This document shows, one piece after another, positions 63,994-64,000 of a stretch of 64,000 nucleotides of DNA. This DNA is from an uncultured Candidatus Entotheonella sp. GTDB lineage: Bacteria > Tectomicrobia > Entotheonellia > Entotheonellales > Entotheonellaceae. Made by a program: the position numbers and the translations under genes. The stretch covers positions 1,408,001-1,472,000 of the forward strand of contig OZ244252.1 of the NCBI GenBank assembly GCA_965217185.1. The letters are read 5' to 3'. Position 1 is the first letter of the stretch, and the number at the start of each line of letters is the position of its first letter. The notes under the pieces were generated by a model. That model was not told where the DNA came from. It saw only the letters and a list, made by a program, of their open reading frames with translations, and searched no databases.

Positions 63994-64000
63994 CGGCAGG

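Overview
GC-rich bacterial chromosomal segment, densely coding; no rRNA, tRNA or CRISPR array seen. Left to right: menF-menD-menH-menC; a minus-strand catabolic trio (Tat amide/urea-type binding protein, VOC protein, class III aminotransferase); a Fur-ferritin/rubrerythrin fusion regulator divergent from an Fe3+ ABC operon with a Fur-like box between them; a heptad-repeat membrane protein and an XRE regulator; yejBEF + yejA split by an XamI-like restriction-modification cassette; HugZ-like protein; qNOR; tamB-tamA; large MscS; DSD1 aldolase; an ApbE/porin/FMN-binding/membrane-protein flavinylation module; an enolase-superfamily enzyme; a nonsense-broken small gene plus ImmA/IrrE-like partner; a hidden selenoprotein (in-frame UGA in D-U-G-T-C with a SECIS-like hairpin) that the ORF track splits in two; a DUF262/HNH gene broken by an IS5-family element; hydrolase; SDR; K+-independent H+-PPase; RND pair; acetoacetate-CoA ligase; cyclase; Tat sugar-binding protein. 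Best leads: the ~549-aa UGxC selenoprotein, the Fur-diiron fusion with a local candidate regulon that includes the flavinylation module, and three defence-type modules each damaged on the nuclease/toxin side. All family assignments come from motif recognition by eye, not database searches.
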